63,709 nucleotides of DNA, filler included, from an uncultured Methanosarcinales archaeon (GCA_964472345.1; 3 parts of 3 records of this genome joined end to end with filler, not necessarily neighbours in it), one strand, 5' to 3'; counted from the first letter of the whole stretch, positions 12,483 to 22,059 are shown. Made by a program: numbers and translations. Notes: generated from the sequence alone by a model not told the origin.

Positions 12483-13774
12483 AGCCGGAAGAGGTCATCC
12501 GGAACGTGCGCTCCTTCCGCTGGAAGCCATGGCTGAACCGCCCCTTCGACTCTTTCATGCTATCCTTGTTTCAGGGGGGGATCGCGCCGCAGGCACGGGA
12601 GCGGACCGCGCTGCCAGCAGTTGAGTGTCCCGCGATAGTTTTTGATGGCTACGGGAACCAATGGTGCGAGAGCACGGAGATCTGGGACGCGATGGCCGCG
12701 CAGATCGCTGCGGCGATGAAAGGGAAGCCGATGGCTGAGGTGGCGGCAGCCTTCGACCATTTTTATCAGCGGGAAAAGGGGCAACTCCGGCAGCTGGCGC
12801 AGGAGGAAAGCGACGCCATGGGGCAGCTTCGGGAAGTGTACAGTATCTTATCAACCTCAACGGCGTACATCTGGCTCACGCATGGGCTCGAGCACTACTA
12901 CACAAAACTGCTCGATGAGCGCCTTTCGAAGCATTCCATCGAAAACCGGGAAGATTTCGTCGCAGCCGCGGGCTTCCCCAAGAAGAAGGTAGCCCATGCA
13001 AGAATGGAAGACGCGATACGCAATGGCGGGGATGCGGAAAAAATTGCTGAAGAATTCGGCTGGCTGCGCATCCGCGACGGTTTTTCGGAGCCATTCACAG
13101 TCAAGGACATCCTTGAGATGAGGCGTAACAGCAAGCTGCCTCAGGAGCACGCGCCGGTGGAAATTCCGGAGCCATTGCGGGGCCTCTTTGCGGACATCCG
13201 GGAGCTGGTCTATTTTCGCACCCACCGCACCGATGTATTTTATGAGCTCCTCTTCCTCGCGCGGCCGGCGCTGCAAAGGGCTGCGCGCCGCTGCGGGATG
13301 GAGTTTGCCGAATTATGTTACTACCCAATTCAGGGCATTCTCGAAGGGAAGCCGGAGCGCCGGGAAGGGCCGTTCACGTTCCTATGCTATCGTGGCGAGG
13401 GCGTCTTCCTGCGCGAGCAGATGTTCAACAGCAGCGAAAAAAGCGAAATGGGGCTCATCCGCGGCGTGACGGCGCATCGGGGCATCGTGCGCGGCCCCGT
13501 GAAAGTCGTTTGCCACGTCTCCGAGCTCCCCAAGGTCGCTCCGGGGGACGTGCTCGTCGCGCCCATGACATTCCCTTCGTTCATAGTCGCCATGCAGAAG
13601 GCAGCTGCGTTTGTCACTGATGAGGGCGGCATGACCTGCCACGCAGCAATCGTCGCGCGCGAGATGGGGAAGCCGTGCGTTGTGGGGACGGGCTGCGCGA
13701 CGAAGGTTTTGAAAGACGGCGACGTGGTAGAAGTTGATGCGGAGAAAGGGGTCGTACGGAGAGTAAAAAGCTAA
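12479..13774 (+). CDS. PEP-utilising enzyme mobile domain protein (paralogue)
   Basis: TDEGGMTCHAAIVAREMGKPC; ATGA overlap with the previous gene. Confidence 0.9.
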   Translation: MKPEEVIRNVRSFRWKPWLNRPFDSFMLSLFQGGIAPQARERTALPAVECPAIVFDGYGNQWCESTEIWDAMAAQIAAAMKGKPMAEVAAAFDHFYQREKGQLRQLAQEESDAMGQLREVYSILSTSTAYIWLTHGLEHYYTKLLDERLSKHSIENREDFVAAAGFPKKKVAHARMEDAIRNGGDAEKIAEEFGWLRIRDGFSEPFTVKDILEMRRNSKLPQEHAPVEIPEPLRGLFADIRELVYFRTHRTDVFYELLFLARPALQRAARRCGMEFAELCYYPIQGILEGKPERREGPFTFLCYRGEGVFLREQMFNSSEKSEMGLIRGVTAHRGIVRGPVKVVCHVSELPKVAPGDVLVAPMTFPSFIVAMQKAAAFVTDEGGMTCHAAIVAREMGKPCVVGTGCATKVLKDGDVVEVDAEKGVVRRVKS

Positions 13775-14142
13775 TAAGGCTTCTGCACTTTTAATTCCTT
13801 AATCTTATCAAAATCTTGTGTGTTGGAAGTGATGAGCGCAGAATCTGTTATGAGAGCTGAGGCAGCGATAATCGCATCCGGTACTGCGAGCCCGTAGCCT
13901 CTTTTTAAGTCGCCTGCAAGAGTGGCAACCTTGTTTTCAACGATGACTTTTCTAAACTCATTCAGGAAGTGGAGTGTTTTTTCCTTGTAGTCCGGGTCAT
14001 TACAGTGCTTTCCTGCGACAAGCTCAGTTTCGGTCATGGCTGAAAAGAGTACCTCATCATGCTTTATGCGGCCAAAGAAATCAACCGCGGGCTTGAAATT
14101 ACGGAACAGGTCAACAAAGACAGTGGTGTCAAGGAGAATCAT
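13771..14142 (-). CDS. vapC: VapC PIN-domain toxin
   Basis: ILLDTTVFVD, DAIIAASA, LITSN..DF. Confidence 0.92.
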   Translation of the reverse strand: MILLDTTVFVDLFRNFKPAVDFFGRIKHDEVLFSAMTETELVAGKHCNDPDYKEKTLHFLNEFRKVIVENKVATLAGDLKRGYGLAVPDAIIAASALITDSALITSNTQDFDKIKELKVQKPY

Positions 14143-14390
14143 AAGCCGAGCCTCTGCTCCCTCTTTTTCCATTCTCCCCTTATTTTTTTAACATACTCGG
14201 CGCCCGTTCCTTTGTTTTTCCAGATGCCTATGACCGACGTTAATGCCTCTTCTCTCTTTAGCTTTAAGAAATGAACCTTGTCCATTTCGATGGCAAACAA
14301 GACCGTGTCGCCTACCTCGATGTCTTGAATTCTTCTGATATCCTTCGGAATTGTCACCTGGTAATTCCTAGTAACTTTAGCTATGCCCAT
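14139..14390 (-). CDS. AbrB/MazE-type antitoxin
   Basis: KVTRNYQVTIPKDIR...I.VGD; overlaps the vapC start. Confidence 0.92.
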   Translation of the reverse strand: MGIAKVTRNYQVTIPKDIRRIQDIEVGDTVLFAIEMDKVHFLKLKREEALTSVIGIWKNKGTGAEYVKKIRGEWKKREQRLGL

Positions 14391-14509
14391 ACTAGTAATA
14401 AATAGTTAGAATTATTTAAGCCTTTCCCTTTTTTGTTTTTACTAAATAATGGTTAAAATAGAAACATTTATAAATGTCGGCTCTACGGGGCGCCGCAGGT
14501 GGTCAAGCC

Positions 14510-15343
14510 ATGAACAAAATTTATGTGGTTCTCGTACGGCATGAGAAAAAAGAAGCACGCATACCGAAGCCGGAACCCGGCGGGCTGGAAGACCGGACAC
14601 AGGTTCCATTAAGCGCGGATGGCAGAGTAGATGCATCAGCTTCAGGCAGGCGTGAGCTTTATGACAAAGGCGTCCGTGTTGCTCATATCGTCCATTCCGG
14701 CTTTCTGCGAACCGCGCAAACGGCCGAAGCATGGCTGCGTGGTGCAGGAATTACAGAGGATCCTTATGCCAACGCAGATCTTTTCCGCATCATAGCTGAC
14801 TCAGAGATTGGCCTTTCAGGAGCAAAGTGGGATTATCCATGCTTTCCACCGTTTGGGAATGACCAGGAAGTCCTTAATACTTATGTCCGGCATGCATTGG
14901 GCAGCCATTACCTCCGTTCGGATGAGCCTCCGCAGCATACGGGGGTAGTGCCGGTGATGGCGCGCAAGGCCGCTGCGGTTTTGGAACACGTTGTTTCAGG
15001 CGTGGAAGACGTCGCGCGTCGGCTACAAAGCGGAGAAAATGGGGCAGTGATTGTCGTGACGCACGGGCCGATCGTTGATGCCGCGACGATGACCCTCAAC
15101 GGCGGGCTTAAGGTTGTGCAGTTGCAGGATTATGTTAATCGCATCGAGCTGAAGCCGTTTGTCGCGCACCGCGAGGGCGAGTATGTTGTTGGTACTCTTG
15201 ACCTAGGTGGGGATCCAAACGAGGCGTGGCTCGCACTCAACATCAGGGGAACAGAGCATGCTCGCTCTATGGACTTCGTAAAGAGGCTTGCCGCGCAAAC
15301 AAATATGCTCGCCCACGGCAGCTTTCAGCACCACGAAAACTGA
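14510..15343 (+). CDS. Histidine phosphatase superfamily protein
   Basis: VLVRHE (RHG variant), LS.DG, S...RTAQTA, VVTHG. Confidence 0.75.
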   Translation: MNKIYVVLVRHEKKEARIPKPEPGGLEDRTQVPLSADGRVDASASGRRELYDKGVRVAHIVHSGFLRTAQTAEAWLRGAGITEDPYANADLFRIIADSEIGLSGAKWDYPCFPPFGNDQEVLNTYVRHALGSHYLRSDEPPQHTGVVPVMARKAAAVLEHVVSGVEDVARRLQSGENGAVIVVTHGPIVDAATMTLNGGLKVVQLQDYVNRIELKPFVAHREGEYVVGTLDLGGDPNEAWLALNIRGTEHARSMDFVKRLAAQTNMLAHGSFQHHEN

Positions 15344-15447
15344 CTCAGCCTGAATCGCCCTCTTGGCAACCGGAGCAGACGGCAGTTTTCTTTTCGTAGC
15401 AATATTGCAGAATCATCATCCCATCCCGCGCGCCAAGCCGCCGACGG

Positions 15448-15530
15448 GTTTCACCTGAAACTCACGCGGGGCTTCACCTGAAACCAAAAGGTTAAAAAAG
15501 GGGAAATCCCTCCCTGGTTGCAGATGAAAC
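15448..15530. promoter_or_regulatory. Three 14-bp palindromic boxes (GTTTCACCTGAAAC-like)
   Basis: 15448-15461 (6-bp inverted arms), 15471-15484, 15517-15530. Confidence 0.55.
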
Positions 15531-15553
15531 CACTCGGGAGGTTCGACTGAACC

Positions 15554-15952
15554 ATGAACATCGAAGCGCACCAGCAGCTCCTCGCCGAGAGCCTTCGGGC
15601 GATCGAGGAAAGCATCGAGAAGGGGATCGTCCAGCGGCAGCGGAGCATCGGATTCAACACGTCGGCTGCGGCGGTCGACATGCTCGAGATTCTCCTCCAT
15701 AAGGGGAGCCTCATCGATCCGGGCTTTGTCATCAAGCATGACTGGTTCACGTCAAAAAAGAGGCTCATGGAGAAGTTCCCGTTTGACTTCCCGAACAAAG
15801 AGAGGATCCTCCGGCTGATGGTCGAGATCGAGGAGAAAAGGAACATTCTCTGTTATGGCAAGCCGCAGGCGGCAGAGGTTCTCCGTGGCGTCATCAGCAG
15901 CTTCAATGCGCTCAGGGAACTCTTTGAGGAGGCAGGGATCCATGAGCATTGA
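15554..15952 (+). CDS. HEPN-like protein
   Basis: Helical protein with EEKRNILCYG (R-x4-Y variant); overlaps the downstream nucleotidyltransferase. Confidence 0.65.
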   Translation: MNIEAHQQLLAESLRAIEESIEKGIVQRQRSIGFNTSAAAVDMLEILLHKGSLIDPGFVIKHDWFTSKKRLMEKFPFDFPNKERILRLMVEIEEKRNILCYGKPQAAEVLRGVISSFNALRELFEEAGIHEH

Positions 15953-16559
15953 CCTGATTCCCTATGCGATGGATGCCGCATCATTCCTCGTCCAGAAGGC
16001 GAAGCGCCCGGAGGAGATCCGATCCATACTCCTCTTCGGCAGCGGAGCGAGAGGCGAGGCGGGGAAAAACAGCGATGTCGACCTCTTCATCGACGTTGTC
16101 CGTCAATCGAAAAACGCGGAGAAAGAATACCGGGGCATCGCCGATTCTTTCCTGGCCTCAGCAAAGTGCACCGGCTACTGGTCGCTCCTCGGCATCACCA
16201 ATGACCTGCGGCTCATCGTGGGGGAGCTGGAGCGGTGGAAGGGACTGAAACCGAGCATCATCGCAAACGGGATCGTCCTTTACGGAAAGTACAAGCCTGA
16301 GGTCAGGGGGGGGAGGCACCGGGCGTTCTTCGTGTGGGAAAATGTGCGGCCGAATGCCAAGCGCGTGCTCCTGAACAAGCAGCTCCTCGGATATCGGCGC
16401 GGCGGGAAGTTTTACCCCGGCCTGCTCCAGAACTATGGGGGGGAACGGCTGGGGAAGGGCTGCATCAGCGTCCCGCTCGACCACGCCGTGCTCATTCATG
16501 CACTGTTCCGGAAGCACCGGGTTTCCGTGAGGATCAAGAAGCTCGTTGAATATGCGTGA
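15942..16559 (+). CDS. Minimal nucleotidyltransferase (MNT) with C-terminal extra domain
   Basis: LFGSGARG..SDVDLFID. Confidence 0.85.
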   Translation: MSIDLIPYAMDAASFLVQKAKRPEEIRSILLFGSGARGEAGKNSDVDLFIDVVRQSKNAEKEYRGIADSFLASAKCTGYWSLLGITNDLRLIVGELERWKGLKPSIIANGIVLYGKYKPEVRGGRHRAFFVWENVRPNAKRVLLNKQLLGYRRGGKFYPGLLQNYGGERLGKGCISVPLDHAVLIHALFRKHRVSVRIKKLVEYA

Positions 16560-16674
16560 CGTCGCTCAGCCGCTTCTTCAAACACCCCGCGCGCGCACCG
16601 CAAAGCACCGCCCGCGAATAGCTGTCATGCCTGCGCTCGAAACATTTAAGAAGCGTTTTGCGTTCTCCGGCATC

Positions 16675-18024
16675 ATGCAGCCTGACATCGGCGACCGTGT
16701 TCTCGTCACGCGCGGGAAGGGGCGCTTTGAAGGGACCCTGCTGCAGAGCATGGATCCCGCAGTCATCCTGCTGAAGCTGGACAGCGGCTACAACATCGGC
16801 GTCAAGGCGCAGGGGGCGAAGCTCAAGCTCCTGAAGCGGTTTGCTGCGGTGAAGAAAGAGCGCAGGGGCGGGCGTGCCGCCGCCGGACGCACCGAAAGGG
16901 CTGCGGCTGTCGCGGGGAAACCAGCCTCTTCCCTGCCGCTCATCAGCATCCTGCACACCGGCGGCACGATTGCGAGCAAGGTCGACTACCGGACCGGCGG
17001 CGTCATCCCTACATTCACTCCATCAGACATGCTTGAGATGTTTCCTGAGCTGAAAGCCATGGCTACAATCTCATCACACCTTGTCCGGCAGATGTGGTCG
17101 GAAGACATGCGGTTCGCCCATTACAACCTCCTTGCGCGTGAGGTCGCTGCGGAAATCAAGCGGGGGGCAGACGCGGTTATCGTCACGCACGGCACCGATA
17201 CCCTTCACTACACGGCGGCAGCGCTCGCATTCATGCTTGGGCAGGTGCCGGTGCCCGTGCTCCTCGTGGGCTCGCAGCGGAGCTCTGACCGGGGCAGCTC
17301 AGACGCTGCGTGGAACCTGCTGGGTGCGGTCGTCTTCGCCACCAGGAGCGATTTCGCGGATGTCGCGATCTGCATGCACGAAAACATGAGCGACGAGAAC
17401 TGCGTGATCCTCCCGGCGACCAAGAGCAGGAAGATGCATTCCAGCAGGAGGGATGCGTTCAGGCCCATCAACACGACCCCTTGGGCGCGGGTGAACCCGA
17501 AGACAAACGTTATCGAGTTTCTGAGGGGCGGCTACCGAAAGAAAGGCGTGGAACGCATGGTCGCGCCGAAGCTGTTTAATGAAAAACTAAAGGTGGGAAT
17601 GCTGAAGGTGCATACGAACATGTACGCTGAACAGTATTTATCATATGAGGGCTGGGACGGTCTTGTGATCGAGGGGCTTGGCATTGCTGGCAACGTTCCA
17701 ATAAACGAGATCGACGAGCATACGAAAGAGCACACGAGGATCGCTGCTGCAATCAAAAAGCTCACCGCACAGGGAGTTGTTGTTGTCGCAGCGCTCCAGA
17801 CAATTTTTGGCCGCGTGAACCTGAACATCTACAGCACTGGAAGGAAGATGCAGGAGCTTGGCATCATCGGCAATTATTCCGACATGACGCCTGAAACAAC
17901 ATTCATCAAGCTCGCGTGGCTGCTGAGCAACTATCCGAAAGAGGAGGCGAAGAGGCTCATGGCGCAGAGCCTGCGCGGCGAGATCACCGGGCGCACCATT
18001 CCGGAAGACGATTTTCTTGCCTAA
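16675..18024 (+). CDS. gatD: Glu-tRNA(Gln) amidotransferase subunit D
   Basis: LKLDSGYNIG, TGGTIASKVDYRTG, HGTDT, SQRSSDRGSSD, RKMHSSRRDAF. Confidence 0.97.
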   Translation: MQPDIGDRVLVTRGKGRFEGTLLQSMDPAVILLKLDSGYNIGVKAQGAKLKLLKRFAAVKKERRGGRAAAGRTERAAAVAGKPASSLPLISILHTGGTIASKVDYRTGGVIPTFTPSDMLEMFPELKAMATISSHLVRQMWSEDMRFAHYNLLAREVAAEIKRGADAVIVTHGTDTLHYTAAALAFMLGQVPVPVLLVGSQRSSDRGSSDAAWNLLGAVVFATRSDFADVAICMHENMSDENCVILPATKSRKMHSSRRDAFRPINTTPWARVNPKTNVIEFLRGGYRKKGVERMVAPKLFNEKLKVGMLKVHTNMYAEQYLSYEGWDGLVIEGLGIAGNVPINEIDEHTKEHTRIAAAIKKLTAQGVVVVAALQTIFGRVNLNIYSTGRKMQELGIIGNYSDMTPETTFIKLAWLLSNYPKEEAKRLMAQSLRGEITGRTIPEDDFLA

Positions 18025-18025
18025 A

Positions 18026-18160
18026 TATATTTGTTTAGCACCTTCGAAATTCCCGAATGAGGCATCGATGGGGCTGCGTCCCCGTATGGGACAACCCCCC
18101 GCAACGCCCTCGATGGTTGGCATAGAAGGAATTTCGACCTTAGGGTGCTAAACAAATACA
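18026..18160. mobile_element. MITE-like hairpin element
   Basis: 17-bp TIR (TATATTTGTTTAGCACC, 1 mismatch), nested internal stems, CCTAAA duplicated on both flanks. Confidence 0.7.
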
Positions 18161-18161
18161 C

Positions 18162-19199
18162 CTAAATATGCTCTTCGGCGAAGACCTGTCCGAGGACGTT
18201 CCTGGCGCTGTCGATGAAGCGCTGCTCGTCGTCCTTGGCAACGGTGCCGCCGGCAGCGTAGGGGTTGCCGCCGACGTCGGCATCCAGCTTCTGCGTGGTG
18301 GCGCGGAGGAGCTCAGCGAGGTTGATGTCCTTGCGGTGGCCGGCGGTGCGGAGCGAGAAGCGCACGCGGCCGGTCGCAGTGTGGACGGTGACAAGGATGA
18401 AGGTATAGTCTTCGAGGGACGGGCTGTGCGCGAGATGGGCCGCAAGGGGCGCAGCGATGCTCGGGGCAGGATACTCGCCAAGCTGCACGATCACATAGCC
18501 GTGGCCCGCCAGGGAGCACTGGTGCTTGTTCTGCTCGTACCACCGGATGGCTTCTGCCAGGTCGTTTCGGAAGGCAGCCCACGTCTGGAGGCTTGACTCG
18601 CGGGCTGCCGCATCACCGAGCAGTGCGGCAATGGTGAGTGAGGCCTTGCCTGTCCGGGCCGCTGCGGTGAGGAGCTGCGCGAGCTCGGTAACCTTGCGCG
18701 GGAGCAGCCTGTCGGTTGACTGCAGGCTGAGGATGAAGTCTTCAGTGATCTCGATGAGCGGTTCGCTGCGCGGGAAGAGCAGCTGGTGCTGCTGCAATGC
18801 ATCCTCCAGGGGCCTGTCCGGGACATCAAGCGCGCATGCCTGCTCGTGATGGCGCGCGACCGCGCCTGCGACAATGAGCACGGCAGAGGAGCGTGCTTCT
18901 GGCGCATGGGCTGCAGCGGCATCATACGCCTGCGCAGCATCGAGGAAGAAGGCGTTTTTTGCTGCGAGCTTTTCCTTGAAGGCGGGGGTGTTGCATTCAA
19001 GGATGAGGAACGCGGGGTAGTCGTCGTGCAGCACCTCATCCGCGGCTGCAGCGGTGTAGTGCGGGATGGTGTGCACGGCCCAGCGCGCGTCGGTCGCAGT
19101 GAGCGCTCCCGCGAGTGCCGTTGCTGCGGCAATGCTCAGCGCATCGCTTTTCAGGACGATGCACACCGGTTGCGGAAGCTGGGCGAGGTTAGCCGACAT
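18162..19199 (-). CDS. Degenerate DHH/RecJ-like protein with DHHA1 domain
   Basis: FSLR and GGNPYAAGG DHHA1-like C-terminus; lies directly after rps15 as in many archaea; DHH motif absent. Confidence 0.7.
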   Translation of the reverse strand: MSANLAQLPQPVCIVLKSDALSIAAATALAGALTATDARWAVHTIPHYTAAAADEVLHDDYPAFLILECNTPAFKEKLAAKNAFFLDAAQAYDAAAAHAPEARSSAVLIVAGAVARHHEQACALDVPDRPLEDALQQHQLLFPRSEPLIEITEDFILSLQSTDRLLPRKVTELAQLLTAAARTGKASLTIAALLGDAAARESSLQTWAAFRNDLAEAIRWYEQNKHQCSLAGHGYVIVQLGEYPAPSIAAPLAAHLAHSPSLEDYTFILVTVHTATGRVRFSLRTAGHRKDINLAELLRATTQKLDADVGGNPYAAGGTVAKDDEQRFIDSARNVLGQVFAEEHI

Positions 19200-19644
19200 A
19201 GAGCTTGATGCGCTCCGGATCGAACTTCCAGTCAGCGGACAGGCGGCCGGTCTGCTGGTAGTATTTCACCAGGCGGTGGATTTTCGAAGTGGTGATTTCG
19301 AGGCCGCGCTTTGCCGTCATGTCTTTCTTGTTTTTTTCCATGTGCTTGCGGATCACGATGTTCCGCCGCAGGAGCGCCATGAGGTCGTCGGGGACCTCTT
19401 TCAGGAGCTTGTGCTCCCGCAGTGTCTCGGTGATGCGCTTGCCGGTGATCACGCGCGCCAGCGGAATGCCGTAGCTGTCGCGGAGCTCGAGGCCGATTTC
19501 AGCCGCAGTCTTCCCTGCTCGGGCGAACTTGATGATGAGCTTCTCGATCTCTGCCGGCTTGTAGCGCATCCAGCTTGGTACTTTCTTTTCCTTGGGCCTC
19601 TTCGAGCCTGACTTGCCGCGTGCCCGTGAATACATGCGTGCCAT
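19189..19644 (-). CDS. rps15: 30S ribosomal protein uS15 (S13e/S15p)
   Basis: MARMYSRARGKSGS, LRDSYGIP, SKIHRLVKYY. Confidence 0.98.
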   Translation of the reverse strand: MARMYSRARGKSGSKRPKEKKVPSWMRYKPAEIEKLIIKFARAGKTAAEIGLELRDSYGIPLARVITGKRITETLREHKLLKEVPDDLMALLRRNIVIRKHMEKNKKDMTAKRGLEITTSKIHRLVKYYQQTGRLSADWKFDPERIKLYVG

Positions 19645-19765
19645 TGCTGATTACCTCATGGAGACAGAACTCGTGCCTGTCGCCAGTCTACCCAAGCTTG
19701 CACCGGGGTAGCTCTTGAACGGGGGCTGGTTTCGGAAGGAGGTTTATAAAGATTGCGTGGAGTTT

Positions 19766-20102
19766 GGCTCTGTAGAAAAAGTGGCCGTAGCATTAAAAAT
19801 CCCAGCCACAGCAAGCTGTGGGGATTTTTAAGCCTCAAACTGAGTAACTATAAATCGCAGCAAGCTGCGGAGTATGTACTCAGTTTGAGCAATCAAAACG
19901 CCGCGGAGCGTTTTGGTGTGCCAAAAAATCCCGCAGATTTTTGAGCACCGTCAGCTTGAGCAGCAGCTTTGCCCAAAGCAAAGCTCTGCTCGACGGCTGA
20001 CACGGCTGGGGTTGGCTCCGGCTTGCAGGAGCTCACGAACGGAGCGCAGCGGAGTGACTCGACGCCCTACGGGCTGCCGCGTAGGCCACTTTCTACAGAG
20101 CC
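19766..20102. mobile_element. MITE, 337 bp
   Basis: TIR GGCTCTGTAGAAA(AA)GTGGCC; exact 9-bp TSD GTGGAGTTT at 19757-19765 and 20103-20111. Confidence 0.88.
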
Positions 20103-20147
20103 GTGGAGTTTTGCGAGTGTGTTATCCAGAAATGATGAAGGAGAGTA

Positions 20148-20540
20148 TCACACCCCGATCAATGCCTGCAAAGCGGCTCCTTTCTTCTTCGCCAGCTCTT
20201 TTGAGATTGCGATGGCGTTGCCGGTATCTTCCAGCTGCTCAGGCTTCAGGAAATACCACGGCTCGTTGATGAAGCGGATTGCAATCCACGGCTCTGCGCC
20301 GAACGTGCGTGCGAACGTGAGCAGCTGCTCGACTTCTTCCCGCTCGAGGTATCTCTTGCTGTCGCGCGTTGACTTGCACTCAATCGCAAGATAGCGCAGG
20401 GAATTGGCTGCGACAATGTCGGGAGATGGGTAGCGGTTGCTGCCGCTCCCCGCGACCCGTATCGCGCTCCATCCGGGAATCGTGTGGAACAGGTGCACGA
20501 GCTCGCGTTCTGCGTTCGTTCCTTTGCTTTTGCGGGACAT
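20148..20540 (-). CDS. hjc: Holliday junction resolvase Hjc
   Basis: KG..AEREL, R.AGSG, PDIVA, IECKS. Confidence 0.95.
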   Translation of the reverse strand: MSRKSKGTNAERELVHLFHTIPGWSAIRVAGSGSNRYPSPDIVAANSLRYLAIECKSTRDSKRYLEREEVEQLLTFARTFGAEPWIAIRFINEPWYFLKPEQLEDTGNAIAISKELAKKKGAALQALIGV

Positions 20541-20542
20541 GG

Positions 20543-21433
20543 TCAGAAGCGGATGCGCAGGAAATCCTCTGCGGCCTGCGTGTTGTTGAAGATGCCGCGG
20601 GCGTCTTCCTCGAGCTCATGCGCGCTCTTGTAGCGGTTGGAAAAGTGGGTGAGGATAAGTTTCTTGGCATTCGCGTCATTCGCAAGCGATGCGGCTTCCT
20701 GCGCCGTCAGGTGGAAGTACTCCTTTGCCTTCTCCGCAAGATCGGATGCGTAGGTCGCCTCGAGGATGAGCACATCGGCGTCGTTCGCGAGCTTGGGGAT
20801 GTTCGCGTTGGGGCGCGTGTCGGTGATGTAGCAGAATCTCTTGCCTTTGATGGGTGCGGTCACGTCCTCAGGCGCGACATTCTTGTTTTTGAGCGTGATC
20901 GTTTCACCGCGCTGCAGCTTGCCGAGCAGCGGGCCTTGCGGGATGCCGAGCTTCTTGGCTTTGCTGAGCAGCACCTTCCGGCGCTCCTTTTCCTGCAGCG
21001 CGTATCCCACGCAGGGTGTCCCATGCCTCATTTCTGCTGCGTGGAGGGTATACTCCTCTTCGTCGCAGACCATGCCGTTGGCAACTTCAGTGATCGTGAA
21101 ATCGATAAGCTCCTTGCTCGCAAAGGTCTCCTTCATCGAGGCGATGCGCCTTTTGGTGCCCGCGGGGCCGTAGACCGCGAGCGTCGCGTTGCCGGTTGAC
21201 GAGCTTATGGTCTGCAGCAGCCCGGGCAGGCCGAGCACGTGGTCGCCGTGCCAGTGGGAGATGCAGATCTTTCTGATGACCGTGGGCCTGATGCCAGCAA
21301 CCCGAAGCTGGCGCTGCGTTCCTTCGCCGCAGTCAAACAGGATGCCCTCGCCTTTGCGCAGCAGGAGCACGCCGGGATGGTTGCGCTGCTTGGTGGGCTG
21401 CATGCAGCTGGTGCCGAGGAAGATCAGTTCCAT
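20543..21433 (-). CDS. rnz: Ribonuclease Z
   Basis: FLGTS..PT..RN, DCGEGTQRQ, HWHGDH, THFSNRY, exosite GIPQGP. Confidence 0.96.
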   Translation of the reverse strand: MELIFLGTSCMQPTKQRNHPGVLLLRKGEGILFDCGEGTQRQLRVAGIRPTVIRKICISHWHGDHVLGLPGLLQTISSSTGNATLAVYGPAGTKRRIASMKETFASKELIDFTITEVANGMVCDEEEYTLHAAEMRHGTPCVGYALQEKERRKVLLSKAKKLGIPQGPLLGKLQRGETITLKNKNVAPEDVTAPIKGKRFCYITDTRPNANIPKLANDADVLILEATYASDLAEKAKEYFHLTAQEAASLANDANAKKLILTHFSNRYKSAHELEEDARGIFNNTQAAEDFLRIRF

Positions 21434-22059
21434 GTGAGGAGCTCCTTGAGGTCTTTGATCTTGTGGGGGAAGTCGCGCGTGTTGCGGCGGTCGATGAGGA
21501 TCGCCTCAACCTGGGCCTGCTCCGCTGCGGCGATATCGGAGTAGATGCTGTCGCCTACGGCAAGGCAGTCTTCCGGCGCGGCGCCGAAATGGGTGAGGAT
21601 GGTCTGGTAGCACGCCGGGTCGGTCTTCATGGCGCCGGATTCGTAGGAGAGGACCAGCAGGTCAAAGGAATTGCGCAGCCCAAACTTCTCGAGCACCTGG
21701 TTGACGGAGAAGCAGTCGGTGTTGGAAAGCAGCACGAGCTTGTGCTTTTCCTTCAGCGCCTGCAGCACGGCCATGGTCTCCGGGTACGGCTTTGCGAGCA
21801 GCCAGCTCGTGTTCCAGAGGCCGACGCATTTCCCGAGCAGCGCTTCGTCCGGCGGGACGCTGAATTCCTCGCAGACCGCAATGAACGCGTCACGGAGCTG
21901 CGGGAATGGCTTGGTCATCATGGCGCGCTCGAAGCGCTGGACGAATTCCGAGTAGGGGAGGCGCAGCAGCCCGAGGAAGCGCTGGATCTGCTTGATGTGC
22001 TGCGGGACGCCGGTCTCGACGAGGGTGCCCCAAAAATCCAGGATAATGACATTTTTCAT
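21424..22059 (-). CDS. HAD-superfamily hydrolase
   Basis: LDFWGTL, LLSN, K.DP, VGDS..SD. Confidence 0.9.
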   Translation of the reverse strand: MKNVIILDFWGTLVETGVPQHIKQIQRFLGLLRLPYSEFVQRFERAMMTKPFPQLRDAFIAVCEEFSVPPDEALLGKCVGLWNTSWLLAKPYPETMAVLQALKEKHKLVLLSNTDCFSVNQVLEKFGLRNSFDLLVLSYESGAMKTDPACYQTILTHFGAAPEDCLAVGDSIYSDIAAAEQAQVEAILIDRRNTRDFPHKIKDLKELLTWN

